Under the pieces are notes generated by a model that made no database searches, was not told the origin of the DNA, and saw nothing but the letters and a program-made list of their open reading frames with translations. A stretch of DNA of 44,363 bases from Clostridioides phage CD1801. Positions 10,312 through 19,338 of the stretch are shown here, in pieces. The stretch's first letter is position 1; every line of letters starts with the position of its first letter. A program made the translations under genes and the position numbers. The DNA lies in the sequence record MW512570.1; one strand, 5' to 3'.

Positions 10312-10743
10312 ATGGCTACAAGTTTTGAAAGTAAAAATGTAATAAATGGAACATTCGGAGAATGTTGGTTAAATGAGGTACAAATAGCAGAGTGTAAAGC
10401 ATTGAAAGCTGAAATAAAACTAGATAAAGCTGAAATAGTTAGACCTAGAAAAATGATAAAAGGTCAAAAAGTGATAGGTGCTAGTGCGGAAGGCTCTATA
10501 ACTCTATATCATGTAGATTCAAATATGTTAAAGTATATAACCCAAATTATAAAAGAAGGTAGAGAGCCTAAATTTACTATTATAAGTAAATTAGCTGACC
10601 CTGATGCTAAAGGAGTGGAAAGAATTTCTTTAACAGGGGTTTCTTTTGATGGGTTGTCAATTATAGATTGGGAAAATGGTAAAGAGGGAGAAATTGAAGC
10701 ATCATTCACTTTTGAAGATTTTGAGATATTAGATGCAGCATAA
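10312..10743 (+). CDS. Tail tube protein (XkdM-like).
   Basis: 143 aa. Sits between the sheath and chaperone genes. Confidence 0.6.
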   Translation: MATSFESKNVINGTFGECWLNEVQIAECKALKAEIKLDKAEIVRPRKMIKGQKVIGASAEGSITLYHVDSNMLKYITQIIKEGREPKFTIISKLADPDAKGVERISLTGVSFDGLSIIDWENGKEGEIEASFTFEDFEILDAA

Positions 10744-10774
10744 AAAATAATTAATAATAAAAAGGAGAATTAAT

Positions 10775-11245
10775 ATGAGTGAAAATAAATTAGAAAAAGA
10801 AATAGTAGATAAAAAAGAAGCAACAGAAGTAAAAAATATAGTAGAATTATTGCTTAAAATGGATGCAGGTAAAATTAAAATGCCAAGCATGACATATAAA
10901 ATATTTTGTAAAAAAGTAGGTATAGAGTTGCCTTTTGAATGTACAGCATTAGAACCGGAAACTTTTGACGAATTACAGTCAAGTGGATTAAAAATAGAAA
11001 ATGGTTCTTTAAAGGATTTGGATAATTTTAAAATGAAAACAAATATTATATTAGCTTCTTGCAAAACATTTAAAGACAAAGAATTATTGAAGCATTTTAA
11101 ATCTCCAACACCAAGAGAGCTGTTAAGAAAAATGTTATTAGCAGGGGAAATAAATGATTTATATAACAAAATATGCGAGTTAAATGGGTATAGCGAATCC
11201 AACTCTGAAAAGGATAAGAGAATAGAAGAAAAAATAAAAAACTAA
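10775..11245 (+). CDS. Tail assembly chaperone (XkdN/G-like).
   Basis: Position between the tube and tape-measure genes. Ends with the slippery run A_AAA_AAC just before its stop. Confidence 0.55.
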   Translation: MSENKLEKEIVDKKEATEVKNIVELLLKMDAGKIKMPSMTYKIFCKKVGIELPFECTALEPETFDELQSSGLKIENGSLKDLDNFKMKTNIILASCKTFKDKELLKHFKSPTPRELLRKMLLAGEINDLYNKICELNGYSESNSEKDKRIEEKIKN

Positions 11246-11418
11246 TAAAAACAGATGGTGAAGTTAATTTAATGTATCTAATGTTTAGATATAAAGGAAT
11301 AATGCCATCTGTTTTTTATAAGTTTAAACATGGAGAAAAACGCATAGTTAAAGCTTTTATGTATCAAGAAATGGATGAAAGAATAGAAGAAATAAAGAGT
11401 TTTGGAAAGGGGCTGTAG
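11236..11418 (+). CDS. -1 frame extension of the tail chaperone, making a GT/XkdO-like frameshift product.
   Basis: The heptamer A AAA AAC at 11236-11242 is in X_XXY_YYZ register with the chaperone frame. The -1 frame is open from there to the TAG at 11416-11418, three bases before the tape-measure ATG at 11422. Confidence 0.45.
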   Translation, partial: KKLIKTDGEVNLMYLMFRYKGIMPSVFYKFKHGEKRIVKAFMYQEMDERIEEIKSFGKGL

Positions 11419-11421
11419 AGT

Positions 11422-14256
11422 ATGTCAGCAGGTAGTAGAGCTTTAGAAGCTGTAATAAGAATGCGAGATGAAGCTAGTAGAACTTTAAGACAAGTTAGAG
11501 ATGCTACTAGAGCTCTTCAAAACCAAACAAATTCTACATCGCAAGCACAAGAAAGATTACAAGAACAATTTAGAAAGGTCAGTAATGCTGCTAAAATAGC
11601 AGGAGCAGGGATTGTGACTGGGATAGGTGCAGGACTTGTTTCTGCATCTAAGGCAGGGGCAGAATTTGAAACTGCAATGACAAAAACAAGCACTATGTTT
11701 GGAGACACTAAAGTAGATACAGAAAATTTGAATAATAAAGTATTAGAGTTATCCAAGAATACAGGAATTGCAGCATCTTCTATAGGAGAAAGTTTATACA
11801 ACGCTCTATCTTCGGGTATTCCTGTCACAAAAGATATGGGGTCAGCAATGGACTTTATGACTAAAAATGCTAAATTGTCTAAAGCAGGATTTACAGATAT
11901 AGACACAGCTTTAACAGCAACTGCAAAAGTGTTAAATGCCTATAAAATGGATGTATCAGAAACAGATAGAGTACACAAAGTTATGATGCAGACACAAAAT
12001 AAAGGTATCACTACAGTTGGAGAATTAGGAGCAACATTAGCACAAGTAACCCCAACTGCATCTGCAATGAGTTTCAGTTTTGAACAGGTAGGAGCATCAC
12101 TTGCTAACATGACAGCACAAGGGACACCTACAGCACAAGCCACGACACAATTAAATAGTTTGCTTGCTGAACTTGGAAAGACTGGCACAGTAGCAAATAA
12201 ATCTTTATTAAGTGCTACAAAAGGAACTAAATATGCAGGGAAATCTTTTAAAGAACTAATGCAAGCAGGAGTACCACTTAATGAAATTTTAAACCTCATG
12301 GATGGAAGTGCTAAAAAAAATAAAAAAAGTTTAATAGATATGTTTGGTAGTATTGAAGCAGGGAAAGCTGCACTTGCACTTTCTGGTCAAAATTCAGAGC
12401 AATATACTAATAATTTAAAAGCTATGTCTACACAAGCTGATGTTGTTTCAAGTGCATATGCAAAGATGTCTAATACATTAGAATCTAAAGTGGGGATACT
12501 AAAAGAAAGTTTTAAAAATCTGGGTATAGAGATATATAGTAAACTAAAAGAACCTCTTAAAAATGCAGCTGAAACAGGGATACAATGTTTAAGTGACTTA
12601 GATAAACAGTTTTCAAGTGGGTCACTTAAAGCAGGTATTTCGCAAATTGCACAATCTTTTGGAGATTTAACATCTACAATTATAAAAGTTGCAACAAAGG
12701 CATTGCCAACTATGATTAAGAGTCTTAGTTGGGTTCTGAAAAATGGACCTACTATTGCAAGTGTACTTGTGAGCATTAAAGTTGCTTCTATTATGACTAG
12801 TGCAGTTAAAAGTATTGTTGCACTAAAAAAAGCTTGGATTGCAGCCAAATTGGCAGTACGGGTATATATGGTTGGTATGGCAGAAGCTGGTACAGTGTTA
12901 AGTGGATTTCAGATTTTGGTAGGAGTTTTAACTAAAAATATGACTATAGCTCAAGCTAGGACAATGCTATTAGCAAAAGCAAGTGCATTATTAGGAGGTC
13001 CTATTGGTATTGCTATAGTAGCTATAACTGCTTTGGTAGCAGGGCTTGTAGTTTTATGGAACACAAATAAAGGTTTCAGAGATTTTGTTATAAATGCTTG
13101 GAATAATATAAAAGAAACAACAACAAAGGTTTGGGGTGGCATATGTAATTTTTTTACACAAACTATTCCACAAGCTTGGAATGATTTATGTACCAGTTTT
13201 TCAAATGCAGTGCAATGGTTTGGAGAAATGTGGAATAATATAAAACAAGCATTTATAAATGGCTGGAATGCTATTGTAGCTTTCTTTACTCAAACAATTC
13301 CAACATGGATAAATAATATTGGAGTGTGGTTTGGACAATTACCTGCAAAAATTGGTTATGGGCTAGGTTTTGCATTAGGTAAAATAATATCTTGGGGCAT
13401 TAGTGTATGGACCTACTTAGTTACAAATGTTCCGATTTGGATAAACAATGTTGTTACATTTTTTGCGCAGCTTCCTAATAAAATTTGGGTTTGGTTAGTA
13501 AGTACAGTTCAAAAAATAGGTCAATGGGGTATCGCAATGTTAACTTCTGCTCAAATATACACTTCAATGATTATAAATAATATAGTAACATTCTTTACTA
13601 CTTTACCTGGAAGGATTTGGACTTGGCTTACAAATACAGTTCAAAAAGTTGTTACTTGGGGAAGCCAAATGGCAACAAAGGGTAAAGAAGGAGCTAAAAA
13701 ATTAATAAATACAGTAGTGGATACATTAAAATCTTTACCTAAAAAGGTGATGGATATAGGAAAAAACATTGTCAAAGGACTCTGGAATGGTATCACAGGA
13801 GCTGGTGGCTGGTTAAAAGGGAAAGTAAATGACTTTGCAAAAGGCGTAATAGATGGATTTAAAAATGGATTTGGAGTACATTCCCCTTCTTGGAAATTAA
13901 GAGATTTAGTAGGTAGATTCCTTCCTTTAGGAATTTGGGAAGGTATAAAAGTAGAATTGCCAAGTTTGAAGAGTAATATTGACAATGTAGTTAGTAATTT
14001 AACTCAAAGAATGTACAAACCACAAGAAATCGAAGAAAGCGACTATACAAGAAAGTACAAAGAAGCTATAGCACAAAGAACTGAACAAAATACTATTAAT
14101 AAAACTGATAGTAAAACTACAAATAATAAAGAAGATAATAATATTACTATAAACATAAATTTAGGCGGTGTTACAGTTAAAGAAGAAGCTGACATAAATA
14201 AATTAACAAAAATGTTAGTAAGAGAAATAAAATTAGGAATAGCTGGTGGTGTTTAG
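11422..14256 (+). CDS. Tail tape measure protein.
   Basis: 944 aa. Ala/Gly-rich N-terminal helical region and W-rich repeats of type WxxxxxxFxxxxxxIW in the middle. Sits after the chaperone genes. Confidence 0.85.
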   Translation: MSAGSRALEAVIRMRDEASRTLRQVRDATRALQNQTNSTSQAQERLQEQFRKVSNAAKIAGAGIVTGIGAGLVSASKAGAEFETAMTKTSTMFGDTKVDTENLNNKVLELSKNTGIAASSIGESLYNALSSGIPVTKDMGSAMDFMTKNAKLSKAGFTDIDTALTATAKVLNAYKMDVSETDRVHKVMMQTQNKGITTVGELGATLAQVTPTASAMSFSFEQVGASLANMTAQGTPTAQATTQLNSLLAELGKTGTVANKSLLSATKGTKYAGKSFKELMQAGVPLNEILNLMDGSAKKNKKSLIDMFGSIEAGKAALALSGQNSEQYTNNLKAMSTQADVVSSAYAKMSNTLESKVGILKESFKNLGIEIYSKLKEPLKNAAETGIQCLSDLDKQFSSGSLKAGISQIAQSFGDLTSTIIKVATKALPTMIKSLSWVLKNGPTIASVLVSIKVASIMTSAVKSIVALKKAWIAAKLAVRVYMVGMAEAGTVLSGFQILVGVLTKNMTIAQARTMLLAKASALLGGPIGIAIVAITALVAGLVVLWNTNKGFRDFVINAWNNIKETTTKVWGGICNFFTQTIPQAWNDLCTSFSNAVQWFGEMWNNIKQAFINGWNAIVAFFTQTIPTWINNIGVWFGQLPAKIGYGLGFALGKIISWGISVWTYLVTNVPIWINNVVTFFAQLPNKIWVWLVSTVQKIGQWGIAMLTSAQIYTSMIINNIVTFFTTLPGRIWTWLTNTVQKVVTWGSQMATKGKEGAKKLINTVVDTLKSLPKKVMDIGKNIVKGLWNGITGAGGWLKGKVNDFAKGVIDGFKNGFGVHSPSWKLRDLVGRFLPLGIWEGIKVELPSLKSNIDNVVSNLTQRMYKPQEIEESDYTRKYKEAIAQRTEQNTINKTDSKTTNNKEDNNITININLGGVTVKEEADINKLTKMLVREIKLGIAGGV

Positions 14257-14286
14257 AAACATGTACCCCTAAATTGCAGCAATATA

Positions 14287-14295
14287 TGCTATAAT
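14287..14295 (+). promoter_or_regulatory. Extended -10 promoter (TGCTATAAT) for the moron gene 14327-15079.
   Basis: TGnTATAAT at a suitable spacing upstream of the SD and ATG. Confidence 0.4.
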
Positions 14296-14326
14296 CGTAG
14301 TATATATTAGTTTTAGGGGGATAAAT

Positions 14327-15079
14327 ATGGGATTATTTAGTAGAAAAGAAAAAATAGTAAAAGAACCATGTATAATTTGTGGAGCGGATACAGATGCTTT
14401 AAAAGTTTTAGATGGGTACTTGTGCAAAAATTGTCTCGAAAAATGTAGAGTTGAGATAGTTGCATCAGGTAAGCCAATAAAAAAATTGACTAAAAATGAT
14501 ATTTTAGAATGTATGGAAAATAGTAAAGATGAAGAAGGAAACTTCAGTAATAGCGAAATGGTAATGTTAGAATATATAGGTGGTCATCCACTTTTAAATA
14601 AAGAAGAGTTTCTATTTGTTGTAGTTAAAGATAATAAAATATTATTTAAAAAATCTGGAAAAAAATCAAATGATAAAATGATTGATGTTTTTGAAGTTTC
14701 TTATTCAGAAATAAAAAGTGTTTCTATTGAAAAAGAAGAGGAAGTTATTAGAAGATATACAGCAACTAGAATAGCTTTGTTTGGGCCATTTGCTCTTGCT
14801 ATGAAAAAAAAGACAGTAGATAAAAAGGAATACTTAATAGTAGAATGTAAAGATTTTATATTATCTTTTAAGAAAAATGACAATGTATGTGCAACTATTT
14901 ATAAAAAATTAGTTGAATATAGAAAAAACAATAAAGTTGAAGATGCTAATAATATAGCTGATAAAAATAATGTTATTGACCCACTAGAGAAAATAAAAAC
15001 ATTAAAAGAGTTATTAGACATGGGAGCAATAACAGAAGAAGAATTTAATGCTAAGAAAAAAGAATTATTAAACTTATAA
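14327..15079 (+). CDS. Moron: Zn-ribbon plus SHOCT-domain protein.
   Basis: N-terminal CIICGAD...CKNCLEKC. C-terminal LKELLDMGAITEEEFNAKKKELL matches the SHOCT motif. Has its own promoter and terminator, inserted between the tape-measure and tail genes. Confidence 0.5.
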   Translation: MGLFSRKEKIVKEPCIICGADTDALKVLDGYLCKNCLEKCRVEIVASGKPIKKLTKNDILECMENSKDEEGNFSNSEMVMLEYIGGHPLLNKEEFLFVVVKDNKILFKKSGKKSNDKMIDVFEVSYSEIKSVSIEKEEEVIRRYTATRIALFGPFALAMKKKTVDKKEYLIVECKDFILSFKKNDNVCATIYKKLVEYRKNNKVEDANNIADKNNVIDPLEKIKTLKELLDMGAITEEEFNAKKKELLNL

Positions 15080-15099
15080 CATTAGAATAATAATCAAAT

Positions 15100-15140
15100 A
15101 AAACATATAAAGCACTTGGATATTACATTGTTTCAAGTGC
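15100..15140 (+). terminator. Rho-independent terminator.
   Basis: Stem AAGCACTTG...CAAGTGCTT followed by a T-rich tract. Confidence 0.5.
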
Positions 15141-15174
15141 TTTATATGTTAAAAAATGATATAATATAAGTACA

Positions 15175-15334
15175 GAATTATATTAACAATGTGGTATGTA
15201 AAGAACAGTGTTGTAACAGCAGTTAAAATTTTCATTTTTATGTTTTATATTAACCAAGTGGTATATAAATACATTGTAGGTGGGTGATGAAACACCACAC
15301 ACATTGTTTTATATTAACTATGTGGGCTCAAAAC
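15175..15334 (+). CRISPR. Mini-CRISPR array of 3 repeats and 2 spacers, with C. difficile type I-B-like repeats. No cas genes are present.
   Basis: Repeats at 15175-15203, 15242-15270 and 15306-15334 approximate GTTTTATATTAACTAAGTGGTATGTAAAT. The terminal repeat is degenerate at its 3' end. The spacers are 38 nt and 35 nt. An AT-rich leader with TATAAT lies upstream. The repeats are more divergent from each other than in a typical array. Confidence 0.55.
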
Positions 15335-15349
15335 TAAATAAACAAAGGA

Positions 15350-15380
15350 AGCACTTACTTTTTGGTAGGTGCTTTTTATT
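15350..15380 (+). terminator. Rho-independent terminator after the array.
   Basis: Stem AGCACTTAC/GTAGGTGCT (one G-U pair) followed by TTTTTATT. Confidence 0.45.
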
Positions 15381-15540
15381 GAAAAAATAGAAAATAAAAT
15401 AAAAAGTACGATATAGGAAAAATATGTAAGAATTATATGTTATAATAATTGTAGCAAGAAGATGTAATCTACAATTTATAGAGTGGAGTTCATGTATCAA
15501 AAAATTATCCTCCCAACGCTAAGAAGGGAGGTGAATATAC

Positions 15541-15690
15541 GTGGATAATTTTTTACAAGGTGTACTAGCAAGTTTAGTTGCCAGTTTAATAGTTTACTTA
15601 ACTAGTAAATTATTTAAAAAAGTAAAAAGCCACTCCGGCCAGAGTGACTTTAGTTTTGAACTAAAGATTAAGTTCAAAAAGAAACACTAA
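15541..15690 (+). CDS. Type I toxin-antitoxin toxin-like small membrane peptide (49 aa).
   Basis: GTG start 7 nt after GGAGGTG. N-terminal hydrophobic helix GVLASLVASLIVYL and a Lys-rich C-terminus. Paralogous to the peptide at 28735-28878. The promoter ATGTTATAAT and the flanking inverted repeats are conserved between the two loci. Too short to appear in the ORF track. Confidence 0.6.
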   Translation: MDNFLQGVLASLVASLIVYLTSKLFKKVKSHSGQSDFSFELKIKFKKKH

Positions 15691-15822
15691 TTTACGAACT
15701 CCACTCTAGTCTTAAATAGATTGTAGTTCTTCTTGCTTTTATTATACCACAAATTAGAAAAAATATGCAAAGTACTTGTTTTAATAGCAAGTACTTTTTT
15801 GTGTGAAAAAGAAGGTGATTGA

Positions 15823-16014
15823 ATGAATAAAGATACAGAATTTATTGCTTGTTCAATGAGGTTAAAAATTTTGATACAAGCAAAAGAAAATTTAATTGAA
15901 GATATACATGAGTATTCAAACCACGAAGAAGATATTTCTAGGTACGAAAATTTGGATAAAGCTTTTGAAAAAACTATAATTGATGAAGCTAAGTTTTTAA
16001 TATCTTTAGAATAG
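15823..16014 (+). CDS. Hypothetical small protein.
   Basis: ORF with an SD (GAAGGTGATTGAATG). Confidence 0.35.
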   Translation: MNKDTEFIACSMRLKILIQAKENLIEDIHEYSNHEEDISRYENLDKAFEKTIIDEAKFLISLE

Positions 16015-16031
16015 ATATAGAGGTGATGTAG

Positions 16032-16667
16032 TTGGAAATGTGGATTAGACAAGCAAATGACACCTTCAGATTCCCTGTTTTTCCTTCAAGTTTTGAGATA
16101 AACAGTAAAGCAATAGTAAATACCTCAAATGTATTAAAATTAGGGGAAATTGCAGTGTTTGGAGGTGTAGGCTTAAGAACTACAGAAATATCTAGTTTCT
16201 TCCCCAGAAATGAAGCCAGTTACTGTGATTATACAGGCTTCCCATCACCATATGACTGTGTAAATAAAATTCAAAGATGGATGAATGAGGGTTTTATATT
16301 AAGATTTACAATTACAGAAACAAATATAAATTTTGAATGTATTATAACAGATTTTCAATATGAAGAAAAAGATTGCACAGGGGATGTGTATTTTACATTA
16401 AGTCTAAAAGAATATAGAAGGATACAAATATCTAAAGTAAGCATTAATAATGATGAAAAGTTATCTTCTGTAAAAGATGTGCCACTGACAAAAGGATTTG
16501 ATACTAAGCAAAAAACACATAAGGTAGGTAAAGGTGACAGCCTTTGGAGTTTGGCAAAAAAATATTATGGTAATGGGGATTTGTGGAAGAAGATTTATGA
16601 TGCAAATAAAAAATTAATTAAAAATCCAGATATTATAAAAGATGGTTGGGTTCTAGTAATTCCTTAA
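16032..16667 (+). CDS. XkdP-like LysM-domain tail protein.
   Basis: C-terminal LysM motif HKVGKGDSLWSLAKKYYGNGDLWKKIYDANK. Confidence 0.7.
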   Translation: MEMWIRQANDTFRFPVFPSSFEINSKAIVNTSNVLKLGEIAVFGGVGLRTTEISSFFPRNEASYCDYTGFPSPYDCVNKIQRWMNEGFILRFTITETNINFECIITDFQYEEKDCTGDVYFTLSLKEYRRIQISKVSINNDEKLSSVKDVPLTKGFDTKQKTHKVGKGDSLWSLAKKYYGNGDLWKKIYDANKKLIKNPDIIKDGWVLVIP

Positions 16668-16681
16668 GCGAGGTGATAGAG

Positions 16682-16954
16682 TTGCAGAAAGTAAGAATAA
16701 TACCAGAAAACTATGGTCTAACGAAAGAAGATTTAACAGAAAAAGACTTATATTGTATGGCAAAACATATTCAAATAAACGTTATAAAGAGATGTTTTAG
16801 AGAAGAACATGATATATTAGACCCTTGCCAAACTTGCAAGTATGAAAGAGAGTGTTTTAAAAGTGGATATGGTTATGCACACTGGGACACATTCATAAAA
16901 TTATCAAAAATTACAGGAGTAAGAATGTGTCCAGGTGCAGGTTTTGTAGATTAA
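16682..16954 (+). CDS. Small Cys-containing protein, paralog A.
   Basis: In-frame TTG start after GAGGTGA. The ORF track starts it at 16646, which overlaps xkdP. Shares EKDLYC...I/AKHIQI...C..C...W DTF.KLSK with the next ORF. Confidence 0.4.
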   Translation: MQKVRIIPENYGLTKEDLTEKDLYCMAKHIQINVIKRCFREEHDILDPCQTCKYERECFKSGYGYAHWDTFIKLSKITGVRMCPGAGFVD

Positions 16955-16974
16955 ATTGTAAAAGAGGTGTTATT

Positions 16975-17217
16975 ATGCAAGATGAAATAAAACTTACAGA
17001 AAAAGATTTATATTGCATAGGCAAGTTTATACAAATTGGAGCTATAAAAAGTTTCATGCATAACGAAAAGGACTTAGATTTCCCTTGTACAGATTGTAAA
17101 CACTTAGATAAATGTTTTGGAGATAATAGAGAATCAGATTTTTGGGATACTTTTTTAAAGTTAAGTAAATTGACTGATTTAAAATTATCTCCATTTAAAG
17201 GTTTTAACATAAATTAA
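16975..17217 (+). CDS. Small Cys-containing protein, paralog B.
   Basis: ATG start after AAAGAGGTG. The ORF track starts it at 16927. A tandem duplicate of the preceding gene. Confidence 0.4.
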   Translation: MQDEIKLTEKDLYCIGKFIQIGAIKSFMHNEKDLDFPCTDCKHLDKCFGDNRESDFWDTFLKLSKLTDLKLSPFKGFNIN

Positions 17218-17475
17218 TCACTTATAAATCGAAAAGACAAGAAGGTGATTTAGATTAATAATATAAAATTACAGGTCCATATAAAGAATGGAGCTATATA
17301 CAACATAACAGATATAGTAGAAAAAGTAACTTGGTCAGGTGATTATAAGTCACCTTCCAGAACATTAGAATTTTCTATAGTCCAGTCAGCTTCTGATGTT
17401 AACTTTCAGCAAATTAATATACCTATAGCTAGTACAGTTTGTTTTTATGTAGATGAGAAAGAAATCTATCGAGGA

Positions 17476-18996
17476 ATGATAATTAATAGGTCTAAAGATT
17501 CTAGCAACAATAGTATTAGTTTTGTATCTAAGGATATGGGGTTTTTACTTACTCAAAGTGAAGTATCATATAACTTTAAAGATAAGTTAGTTGAAGAAAT
17601 TGCAAAGCAAGTTTTTAATGACAATAAGCTTTCGATTGGAAACATACCTAAAACTAATGTTAAATATACTAAGATGTTTATTGGCGTAACTGGCTATGAT
17701 ACTATAATGAGTGCATATACAGAAGCTAGTAAAACAACTAAAAAAAAGTATATGATAGAAGCTAATATAGATAAATTTAATGTTATTGAAAAAGGTACGG
17801 TTACACTAAATGTCATGTTTGAAGAAGGGTCTAATCTTATTAACACGAGCTTTTCAGAGAGCATGGAGAATGTAAAAAACAAGGTATTAGTAGTAGACCA
17901 GTATGGGAATAAAATAAGTGAAAAGATAGACGATAAAATTTTTAAAGATGTTGGAGTAATAATGCAAAAGGTTATACAGCAACAAGAAAATAGTACTGTA
18001 GATATTGAAAGTGAGTTCAAGGGAATAGAACAGACTTGCAATTTAAAAGGTTATGGTGATGTAAGTTGTGTGACTGGCAGAGGTGTAAAGGTTAAAGACA
18101 ACTATACAGGTCTTGTAGGACTATTTTATATAGACACAGATAAACATAATTGGGACAGTAGCGGAAATTATGAGATAGATTTAGATTTAAATTTTCAAAA
18201 TATCATGGATGAAAAGACAGCAGGACAAGACGAGCAAAAAGAAGAAAGTTCTGATTTGAATGGAGAAGGTACGCTAAATGGAAGAGAAGTAAAAGCAGAA
18301 TTTACAGCTTATTATCCGTCTAATAACCCTATGGAGGGTGGTTATTATCAAGCTATGGATGGTAAAAGACTTGTACCTTCAAACAATACTTGTGCTGCAC
18401 CTAGTAAACTTAAATTTAAAACAAAAATTCAAGCAAAATGTCCTGGAACTAAAATTGATGGTAAAACTTATACAGTAACAGACAGAGGAGGAGCGATTGG
18501 CTTAAAAAATGGAGTGTATAGAATAGATATATTAATGTCTAGTGAAAAAGAATGTAATGATTTTGGAAGAAGAAAAGGAACAATAATAATTGGAGATGGC
18601 ACAGGCTATACAAATGCAACAGGAAAAGCTAAAGAATTGATAAGTATAGCAAAAAGCAAGCTAGGCTGTAAGTATGTTTGGGGAGCTACTGGTCCAAATA
18701 CTTTTGATTGTAGTGGATTCACTCAATGGTGTTACAAAAAGATAGGTATAAACATTCCTAGAGTATCAAGAGGCCAAGGAAAAGCAGGTAAAGCAGTAAG
18801 TAAAGGAAGTTTACAACCAGGAGATTTAGTTTTCTTTTCTAGCAAAGGAGCAAATGGAACAATAGACCATGTTGGTATGTTTATTGGAAATGGAGAATTT
18901 ATTCATTCTCCGCATACTGGTGATGTTGTAAAAATAAGTAAGTTAAGTGGTAGCTATTACACTAAAAATTATGTAACAGCTAGAAGATATTTATAA
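17476..18996 (+). CDS. XkdQ-like tail protein with 3D and NlpC/P60 endopeptidase domains (tail-associated lysin).
   Basis: C-terminal CSGFTQWCYKKIG...H...GDVV matches the NlpC/P60 Cys-His signature. YPSNNPMEGGYYQAMDG is 3D-domain-like. The frame is also open for 74 codons upstream, from 17254, with no ATG, GTG or TTG. Confidence 0.6.
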   Translation: MIINRSKDSSNNSISFVSKDMGFLLTQSEVSYNFKDKLVEEIAKQVFNDNKLSIGNIPKTNVKYTKMFIGVTGYDTIMSAYTEASKTTKKKYMIEANIDKFNVIEKGTVTLNVMFEEGSNLINTSFSESMENVKNKVLVVDQYGNKISEKIDDKIFKDVGVIMQKVIQQQENSTVDIESEFKGIEQTCNLKGYGDVSCVTGRGVKVKDNYTGLVGLFYIDTDKHNWDSSGNYEIDLDLNFQNIMDEKTAGQDEQKEESSDLNGEGTLNGREVKAEFTAYYPSNNPMEGGYYQAMDGKRLVPSNNTCAAPSKLKFKTKIQAKCPGTKIDGKTYTVTDRGGAIGLKNGVYRIDILMSSEKECNDFGRRKGTIIIGDGTGYTNATGKAKELISIAKSKLGCKYVWGATGPNTFDCSGFTQWCYKKIGINIPRVSRGQGKAGKAVSKGSLQPGDLVFFSSKGANGTIDHVGMFIGNGEFIHSPHTGDVVKISKLSGSYYTKNYVTARRYL

Positions 18997-19011
18997 AAAG
19001 GTGGTGATATA

Positions 19012-19338
19012 GTGTCTGATCCAATAAATGAATTTATAGGAATAATAAGAGAGGAAGGAAAACATTACAATGAACCTTCTTTTTTTGTTGGAAAAATTAA
19101 AAGCAAATTACCAGATTTAAAAATAGAGATAAATAACATCGTATTAGAAAAAGAAGATATTTTGATAGATAGTTGGATGCTTGATAGACAGATAGAATCA
19201 TTTGATACAGAAACAAATCAAGAACATCAACATGAAGTAAAAAATCCATTTATAGATACTTTTGAATCTGGAGACATAGTAATAATGTTCAAAATAGGTG
19301 ATAAATTTGCTGTTGTAAGTAAGTTGGTGAGTTTATAA
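19012..19338 (+). CDS. XkdR-like baseplate-module protein.
   Basis: Size and order after the XkdQ-like gene. Confidence 0.45.
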   Translation: MSDPINEFIGIIREEGKHYNEPSFFVGKIKSKLPDLKIEINNIVLEKEDILIDSWMLDRQIESFDTETNQEHQHEVKNPFIDTFESGDIVIMFKIGDKFAVVSKLVSL

